Source of the DNA: Octopus bimaculoides | Lineage: Eukaryota | Direction of reading: 5' to 3' | Length of the DNA: 46,793 bases | Assembly (NCBI RefSeq): GCF_001194135.2 | Contig: NC_068998.1 | Location: 25,496,748 to 25,543,540 of the forward strand | Position numbers and translations under genes: made by a program | Shown here: piece after piece, positions 38,866 to 46,793 of the stretch | Position numbering within the stretch: position 1 is the first letter of the stretch | How the letters are laid out: every line of letters begins with the position of its first letter | The notes under the pieces: model-generated | What the model saw: the letters and a program-made list of their open reading frames with translations, nothing else | Database searches by the model: none | What the model was told of the DNA's origin: nothing

Positions 38866-39689
38866 TATAGATTTAAGTAGCTCGTGTGCTACATTTCAAG
38901 TGATTTTTCCCTTTCTATCAAAGTTTCTAAAACACATATATATAATACGATATCTTTCATTGTAAACTGCATTTAATTAACGCCTGTAGTAACAAAGATT
39001 CTAAAATGGCAATTTCTCTTTTATTTAAAAATTCTGAGGCGTCAATGACATTTCTGCAGTTTTCTTCGTCAATTAACAGAGGTTATTCTATATGAAAATA
39101 ATTGTATTTGTCAAAAGAACCGTTAAACGATGCAGTGCGGATAGATCTGGATGATTGTTTGAAATAAAAGTGCATAATAAGTGTTACCTTTATTATTTTT
39201 TCGAAATATTCACATTTTCAGCTTTTCTCTTTGATCCATAATTTTAATATGAATGCACTGGGTCGGGATATCTCGAATCAGAGAGGAAATATAATTAGTT
39301 GTGAAAAATTTACACAGCTTTTCCGATGTGTTCGCCTACGTGTTATTAATTTCTACAACTATATATTTGCAAGCTAGTATTTAGGTGATAATTGCACTAA
39401 TAAATAGATAAATCATGATTTCAACTCACTTATTGATGTTGAGTTATGTAATAAATGCGTCAAACTGTGAGATCGTTTAAATGTATAGCCACCTTTGCAA
39501 ATATACTGGCAAGTTTATAAGAAGACGTCACTATACATTCCTTGGGCCTGTAAACTTCATTAACAATAATAAATATGTAGATTTGGAATTAGCGGAGAAG
39601 AATGAAGAATAATTTAAGATTGACACTGAATAGTGTTATGGTTCGGATCATATGCAACGAAAGAAAGCAAGTATTATTAACACTGTTGA

Positions 39690-39830
39690 GCGCGACGAGC
39701 TGGTACAATCGTCAGAATACCTCGCCAAAATGCATGGCGTCATTTCGCCCCATTTACCTTCTGAATTCCAGTCCTACCAAGGCTGATTTTGTCTTTTATA
39801 CATTCGAGGTGGATGAAATAATTAACACCT
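39690..39830 (+). mobile_element. Decayed SINE
   Basis: CATTTCGCCCCATTTACCTTCTGAATTCC..CAAGGCTGATTTTGTCTTTT..GAGGTGGATGAAATAA is colinear with the SINE core. Confidence 0.55.
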
Positions 39831-40134
39831 CCTCCAAATTTCAGTCCCTGTCTAGTAAAAAGACAATTATTTACATAAAAATATAAAAATATAAGATTAA
39901 AATCATACGAGTATATATCTGTGAGTGTGTGTGTATATTTTTGTGTGTGTGTGTGTGTGTGNNNNNNNNNNNNNNNNNNNNNNNNNNNNNNNNNNNNNNN
40001 NNNNNNNNNNNNNNNNNNNNNNNNNNNNNNNNNNNNNNNNNNNNNNNNNNNNNNNNNNNNNNNNNNNNNNNNNNNNNNNNNNNNNNNNNNNNNNNNNNNN
40101 NNNNNNNNNNNNNNNNNNNNNNNNNNNNNNNNNN

Positions 40135-40167
<33 letters not shown>

Positions 40168-40580
40168 TATATATACATACATATATATATACACATGTAT
40201 ATACATATATACATACATACTTACGTATCTACCTACCTGCCTACCTACCTGACTACCTACCTGCATGTATACATACATACATACAGACAGACAGACACAC
40301 ATACATACCCACGACGGTTGTCGCGAAAGTAATAATGCCAACTCTTGAGTGTAGATAGCCGAAGTATTCTAGCAGTTCTGCAGCAGGTTCACGGATTATG
40401 ATTTACCAATTCTATCACCGGTTGCACATTCGTGTCAGTGCTTGTAGCTGATGGACTTTTACCAAGTGATTATTCTGGAAATGCTGGCAGACTTCTGTAG
40501 AAAACAAAGAAGCTGCATCGATATCCTCAGTTAATAACTTAAAGAATGCACCTTGCTTCTATTTGATATCCATTATTTAC

Positions 40581-40619
40581 CTGGAATGAAGACGAAAGAG
40601 AACATGAAGATCAGGTACA
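40581..40619 (-). CDS. Candidate 39-nt exon
   Basis: cactcacattgcacag|TGTAC..CCAG|gtaaat; phase 1-1 frame YLIFMFSFVFIP. Confidence 0.2.
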
Positions 40620-40917
40620 CTGTGCAATGTGAGTGACGTCAATAAATTAATAAAAAAAAAATTGACTAACATTTCTATCCTTATCATGTAGACCCTTGTG
40701 TTTCTATCTATCCAAAATTTTCTCAGATGTTTAGTTAAAATTTCACCAATATATATTACCTTCATAATGTTGTATTGGCATAAATTTTCTTACATATTGT
40801 CATTAATTCTAATAATATTATGTATATGTGTGCGTGTGTGTGTGTATGTTGTGTATGAATATATATGTATATGATAATGCAATTGAAAAAATTGTTGGAT
40901 TTTTAAGGTATAATCTA

Positions 40918-42170
40918 TCAGGTCATCCCATACGTTCTGTCCGAATTTTGAATAAAGAAAACAAGTGATCAATTCTTATATTTAATTGAAATTTAATCAT
41001 CAATGTACTTTACCTGATTATCTATGACTTCCTCCCATCTATTTACAAGCTTTTTAATCCCATCAATATCAAACTCTTTTGGTTTCAAAGCAAAGAACTC
41101 TGAAATGTCAGTTTCGACTTTCTCCTGGCTTGCGAAAGTTATGGCCCCCAAATGATTCTGTAAACTACGAAGCAAATGGTAGTCTGAAGGAAGAATGTCG
41201 GGAGAATAAGGTGGATGAGGAATTTTTTCCCAACCAAGCACTTCGATCTTCTGTGATGTGATCTTTGCAATGTGGAGTCACGCATTATCCTGATGAAACA
41301 TCACTCCTTTTCGATTCACTGAAGCGGGTCCTTTTTTCTTCAAAGATTGGCTCAAACGCTCTAATTGCTGAGAGTAGACTCGAGCATTGATTGTTGCATT
41401 AGGTGGTAACAATTCAAAGTGGATTACGTCTTTGCAATCCCACCAGATAGAGAGAAGAAGCTTTTTTCCCATGAAGTTCCCTTCTCGGTTGTGTTTGAGC
41501 TTTTTACCCTTTTACCAAGCCACTGTTTATGACGTTTAACATTTCGATAGAAGATCCATTTTTATCACCAGTCACAAGTCTATCCAAAAAGGGTGAAATG
41601 AGTTCGCAAGAATGGAGAGAAGAGCACATGCGGTTGCTTTCGGATAATTCATGGGGTACCCATTTTCCAAGTTTAGGAACTTTTCCAAGTTGTTGAAGAT
41701 GACGATGAACTGTTGTATAGTTTGAACTAAGCTTTATTGCAGGATTTTCTTCAAGTAATGCCTAAAGGAGCTTATCATCAAACGCAACTGGACGTCCTGT
41801 TCGATCTTCATCTTCAAGGCTGAAATCTCCACTTATGAATTTTGCAAACCATCTTCTGCAAGTTCTTTCATTCAAGCATTCTTTCCCATAAACTGAGTGT
41901 ATTTTTCGAGTCGCTTCGGCTGAAGAGTTTCCTTTTTTGTACTCATAAAGCATTATGTGCCTGAAATGCTCTTTGGATACTCCCATGTTAGAAAGGGTTT
42001 TAATCAAAGAAATTTTAATTCTATTATTCTGTAAAATAATATTTCATTAGTGTAAATGTACACAAATGCATAAACATATCTTTTAATTCCATTAGACATT
42101 CTAAAACTCTATTAAATTGCATCCAATATTAAAAAAGGTAAAATAAGACAGAACGTATAGGATGACCTGA
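40918..42170 (-). mobile_element. Full-length mariner (D,D34D) transposon, 1253 bp, with defective transposase
   Basis: TIRs TCAGGTCATCC(C/T)ATACGTTCTGTC at 40918-40941 and 42147-42170 (23/24 identical), TA on both flanks. WVPHEL, VTGDKKW, HQDNA and YSPDILPSDY motifs with 34 residues between the last two Asp. Lesions: TAG at 41762, a small deletion, a +1 frameshift near 41465, TGA at 41278. Confidence 0.98.
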
Positions 42171-42494
42171 TAAAATAAATATATTTTCTTCGTGCAAATT
42201 ATTGATTGTAGTTAATACATTGAATTTCTTAAAATTCCATATAAAGATTGTTGGATTTACCTGGGATTTGTATTCTACATACATTTAACATTATCTACTT
42301 GTTACAAATTTAATATTATTCCTTTATACTGATTGCTTACCTTATATCTGCCAGTATTTTTTTTATCCCATCTTTCTTCTATCNNNNNNNNNNTATGCAT
42401 ATACATACATATATACGCACACACAAATATATACGTACATACACACATACTCACTCATACATCCAGACAAATACGCACACACACACACACACAC

Positions 42495-42580
42495 ACAAAG
42501 ACACACACACACACTTGCCCAAGGTTCCACGCAGTAGGACTGAACTTGGAACCATGTAGTTGGAAAGCAAGATTTTTACC
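42495..42580 (-). mobile_element. SINE head (CORE-like family of 7740) running into (TG)n
   Basis: Reverse complement TGGTAAAAATCTTGCTTTCC..GTTCAGTCCTACTGCGTGGAACCTTGGGCAAGTG. Confidence 0.75.
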
Positions 42581-43755
42581 ATAGACCCACGTCGTTGGTT
42601 ACGGCCGGTGAGAAAATTACTATACTCTTAGCAATATAGGCCACTCATCAAACCTGCTTGCCGAAAGCACATCATCTCTTTTTACCGATGGAGGTAAGAA
42701 CAGTCTCAGTCAGCAACGTTTGTGAAAAATAACCAGAAACAAAATTCTTCGAAGCGAAAACGTCTTCTCTGTGAGATTCAGATTATGTACGATATCCGTT
42801 CACTCCTCCTTAGGAGGAGGGGAATTCCATGACTCGAACACGAATTTATCTCATGAAGAAACTGGCTAAATATTTCACTTTTGGAATTTAAGGAATCTGT
42901 GTCAAGCGAATTGTTAAAGATATTTTTCCCTCTCATACAAACAGAGTAGTTGTTATTTGGCAAGAAGTTTGTTTCAATGTTTTTTTTTGTTTTTTTTTAC
43001 ATATTCAAAGCCATTGAGTTACCTATATCTAGTCCTGTCACATCGTATACACTATATCCAGTAAGCATTGATTCGTTTCTTTCAAAAAATATGAAAACCT
43101 ACTAAATTAACCGTAATTAACTTCAATTGTGTCACCATAAACACATTAAAAAACTACTGATAGATGTACATTCACATAATTTTTAGGTTCACAAGCAGAG
43201 TTTCTAAAACTCATAAAACCTGAAGAGGAAGCATATCTAATGTGTCCACTTCTAAAGAAATTAACAAAGCCACCTCAAACGATAAGAATATCTTTAAATC
43301 TAGTGGAATCAAGAACTTTACATGCTCTTCAAACACAACTCCACTACTGTCCACAATAGAATGCAAATCTATACTCACTTTTTCATTTTGTACTTTAATG
43401 TTAAGTGTAATAGAACAAAAATATTCAGCCTCTAATTGATAAACATTTTGCCATTAACATCCATTAACTGTAAAGATAGAAAATTGTGTCTCGTAAAAGA
43501 TTCATAATTGCACTATTAATATTTTAAAATGTATATATTCCATACAGCTCGAAAAAGCATAAGACAGTGGTAAATGGATGATAATTCAAAGATTGTCACT
43601 AAAAGAATTTAAAGTATGTTACTGTCAAACAGTTCAGAAAAATAAAGTTTTGGAAAAATTATACAAATATATGAACTCTACTAAAAGGTCATATTCCTTC
43701 TTTATGAAATGCAAGGGTCAATTGTTCTAACATATACATGATTGCTTGATATTAC

Positions 43756-43970
43756 AAATTTTGGCGCAAGCCAACAACTTCGGAAGAAGGACAAATCGAT
43801 TATATTGACCTAGTGCTTAAGTGGTACTTATTTTATCGATCCCGAAATTATGACAGGCAAAGTGGCCCTCCACAGAGTCTCTATTCTGACAATAAATACG
43901 TTCAGAATGCCGGTAAATATGTTGCTCGGCCTGCTAACGATTCTGCCTGTTCGCTGCTTTTGATAGCTTC
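43756..43970 (-). mobile_element. tRNA-derived SINE (GTCGATAAA family), diverged
   Basis: Reverse complement GGCAGAATCGTTAGCAGGCCGAGC head and CGGGATCGATAAAATAAGTACCAC core. Confidence 0.85.
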
Positions 43971-44864
43971 TGAATTAAATGAAATATACTTAGGAGTGGA
44001 GAAATATATAATACACACTGAAAGTGTTTGCCCACATTACATTCTTAAATGAATGTTCGAATGCTGCAGTTTAGGTGATAATTGCCATAATACGTACATA
44101 AATCAGAACCTGATCCCAGTCATTCTTGCTAGTATAGATCCTCATTTATCCTAGTTGTTATTCAAGCGTGGGATGGGAGATCGATTTAATGTATGATTAC
44201 TTCTGCAAGATTGTGACTGTGTCAAAAGTAGGCTTCAATATAAATGTCTTTAGAAGAATTACGTACATTTGAACGTTTGTGGAGAATAGATAATTATTGA
44301 CAACTAACTCCAAAGAGCGTAATGGATAAGATTTATGCAATACGGAGCTACTACGAATTGTTACATTAATGCATCTCCCTGAAAAGGCGGACGTATGCAC
44401 ACAATCAGTAAAATATCAGCTAGAATACACACACACACACATCTACATATATGTACGTATGCATGCTTGTATANNNNNNNNNNNNNNNNNNNNNNNNNNN
44501 NNNNNNNNNNNNNNNNNNNNNNNNNNNNNNNNNNNNNNNNNNNNNNNNNNNNNNNNNNNNNNNNNNNNNNNNNNNNNNNNNNNNNNNNNNNNNNNNNNNN
44601 NNNNNNNNNNNNNNNNNNNNNNNNNNNNNNNNNNNNNNNNNNNNNNNNNNNNNNNNNNNNNNNNNNNNNNNNNNNNNNNNNNNNNNNNNNNNNNNNNNNN
44701 NNNNNNNNNNNNNNNNNNNNNNNNNNNNNNNNNNNNNNNNNNNNNNNNNNNNNNNNNNNNNNNNNNNNNNNNNNNNNNNNNNNNATATATATATATATAT
44801 ATACATACACACATATATATATATACATACAATATTATTATTATTATTATTATTATTATCATCA

Positions 44865-45427
44865 TTGAATGAGATAACAGTGCATACCATCAAACTAACA
44901 CAGGAGTAAAATATACGAAGCCCAGGATACCCGTCATGATTACGTCTGATAAATTTACACCAGGCACATGCATCACAACCATATGCGCGACATGGTGATC
45001 TCATATCAAGATTAACAGTGCATGAACTTGCAGGTGGGCCCAGTTAGATTTCTAGAATTCTCTTCAGATAGAGTAGCCCATCCCGCTCAAAAGGTCCCTA
45101 AATAAGGGTTGTTTAAGGATGTTGAACGAAACACTCATGTTTTCAAAGGTGAATTACCCAATCCCCGAAAAATCATTTTCAACAGATGCCTGTGATGCTT
45201 TCCCAATACTTCTGGTCGTGATCAGAGATGAACATATCGTCAACCACTAAGAGACATACCCAACTGGCTAAGTTCAAGCAACTGACAAGCAAATCTGTGG
45301 TATTGAGCAGAATATTTGCTGTAACCCATCTTTTATCTCAAGAGAAAACGATGTACATGATAACACTTCCAATCAGTTAAGATGAGAAGCCATGAAAGTC
45401 ACTGCCTAATAGTGCATCAGGGCATTT
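44865..45427. mobile_element. Unclassified non-coding interspersed repeat embedded in (ATT)n
   Basis: About 560 nt of complex sequence bounded by (ATT)n on both sides, with no ORF; recalled as an abundant octopus repeat. Orientation and class are not established. Confidence 0.6.
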
Positions 45428-45428
45428 A

Positions 45429-45486
<58 letters not shown>

Positions 45487-45512
45487 CATTATTATTATTA
45501 TTATTATTATTA

Positions 45513-45545
<33 letters not shown>
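45428..45545. repeat. (ATT)n microsatellite
   Basis: About 39 ATT/ATC units. Confidence 0.98.
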
Positions 45546-45546
<1 letters not shown>

Positions 45547-46063
45547 GACAGTGAGCTGCAAGAATTTTTAGCACACCGGGCGAAATACTTAGCGCTACGT
45601 TCTGAGTTCAAATTACGCCGAGGTCGACGTTCCCTTTCATCGTTCGGGGTCGATAAGTTAAGTACCAGTTGTTTATTGAGGATAATCTAATCGACTGGTC
45701 CCCTTTCACCAAATTTCGTGCCTTGTGCCTATAGTAGAGACGATTATTATTAAGGTGGCAAGTTGGTATAATCGTTAGCACGCTGGACGAAACGCTTAGC
45801 GTTATTTTGCCCGTCGCTACGTTCTGAGTTCAAATTATGCCGTGGTCGACTTTGCCTTTCATCCTTTCTCGGGGTCGATAAATTAAGTACTAGTAAAACA
45901 CTGGGATCGATGTAATCGACTAGTCCCCTCCCCACAAATTTGAGGTTGTGTGCTCTCGGTAGAAAAGATTATTATCATTATATAACTGTCCAATATTTGG
46001 TAGACTGGGGCAAATTTCTAATGCGTCACCTACTGCACATCCGTGTTGCGGGGTGTGTGCAGC

Positions 46064-46114
<51 letters not shown>

Positions 46115-46477
46115 CATTATCATCATCATCATCATCAACATAGCACTTCGGGCAAAATGCTTAGCAGCATGTCGTCCATTTTTACGTTCAGAGTTTAAAT
46201 TACGCCGTGGTCGACTTTGCTGTCCGTCCTTTCGAGTTGGATATATTAATTACCAGTCAACTCCTAGGGTCGATGTAATCGACTATACCCTCCTCACAAA
46301 TTTCAGGCCTTTTGTCTGTAGTAGAAATGAATACCATTATTATTAAGGCTACGAACTATAAGAATCGTTAGGTTACCGTCTTTACGGTCTAAGTTCCAGT
46401 TCTGCTGAGGTCGAATTTACCTTTCATCCCCTCCAGGATTTGACTGGCCTTGTGCCAAAATTATTATTATTATTATT
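45546..46477 (+). mobile_element. Head-to-tail stack of four same-family SINEs separated by ATT repeats
   Basis: Copies at about 45546-45750, 45752-45978, 46139-46343 and 46345-46477 (deleted), each with a GGTCGA core and ending in ATTATT; an unclassified 85-nt piece and (ATT)n(ATC)n lie at 45980-46138. Confidence 0.9.
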
Positions 46478-46793
46478 CAGTAGTTTTATTTTTATAACGT
46501 GCTTTCACTTCACTACCGAGCGCAGCTCTGTGCGCCTTGGGTATGTGCAGTGGTTTGCTGTGGTGCTCTTATGTTTACTGTATTGAAAGTGTTTTGCGTA
46601 GAATGTGTGCAGTACCCAGTAGTGCAATTTTCTGTATGTTATATATATTTGTAAGTCCTGGTGTTTTTGTTATGTATTTGTCTGAATATTTTTTTATTAT
46701 ACCTAAGGTACCTACTATGATAGGAATTGTTTCTGTTTTTAGATTCCACATTCGAGTTATCTCTATTTCCAGGTCTTTGTATTTTGAAAGTTT
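46478..46793 (-). mobile_element. 3' end of an R4/Dong-like RLE-type non-LTR retrotransposon (continues beyond the window)
   Basis: Uninterrupted 72 codons from the window edge to TAA at 46575: KLSKYKDLEIEITRMWNLKTETIPIIVGTLGIIKK..IQKIALLGTAHILRKTL, the typical RLE C-terminus; about 100-nt UTR, then an (AAT)n tail. Confidence 0.88.

Noticed and set aside
42632-42693. Plus-strand 62-nt exon-like unit (tag|CAAT..GAG|gtaaga)
   Set aside because: Two frames open, but no recognisable product or supported partner exon.
43215-43445. Frames open on both strands for 65-75 codons
   Set aside because: In-register sense/antisense openness without a usable acceptor-donor pair or motif.
332-46346. Most ORF-track entries (YIYI, CVCV, THTH, NNN, III, LSIY runs and X-filled ORFs)
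   Set aside because: Translations of microsatellites or N gaps; stop-free by composition.
45546-46477. Repeat-spacer pattern resembling a CRISPR array
   Set aside because: Units are diverged SINEs of about 200 nt in animal DNA; no short identical repeats and no cas genes.

Overview
AT-rich, microsatellite-dense animal genomic DNA from a gapped draft assembly (many N runs). From recall of the SINE/LINE sequences and repeat load it looks like an Octopus-type cephalopod; this is an inference, not a database result. Almost all ORF-track entries are artefacts of microsatellites, N gaps or transposon fragments. Supported content is a mosaic of mobile elements: three Penelope-like retroelement remnants, an internally deleted L1/Tx1 LINE, 3' ends of CR1/L2-, RTE- and R4/Dong-type LINEs, three mariner loci (one full length with TIRs and TA TSD, one foldback derivative with a second partial copy nearby, one decayed), Chapaev3-like transposon pieces, a Helitron2/HINE-like element and more than a dozen tRNA-derived SINEs. 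No host gene could be named; several splice-site-bounded candidate exons are reported at low confidence. I found no convincing novel system. The best leads are a possible composite Chapaev3 transposon with matched ends and TAA TSD, a (TAA)n insertion hotspot ending in an open Dong/R4 tail, an amplified foldback mariner, a 5'-inverted Penelope copy, and a speculative inverted-repeat-bracketed exon whose only in-frame stop is a terminal UAG.
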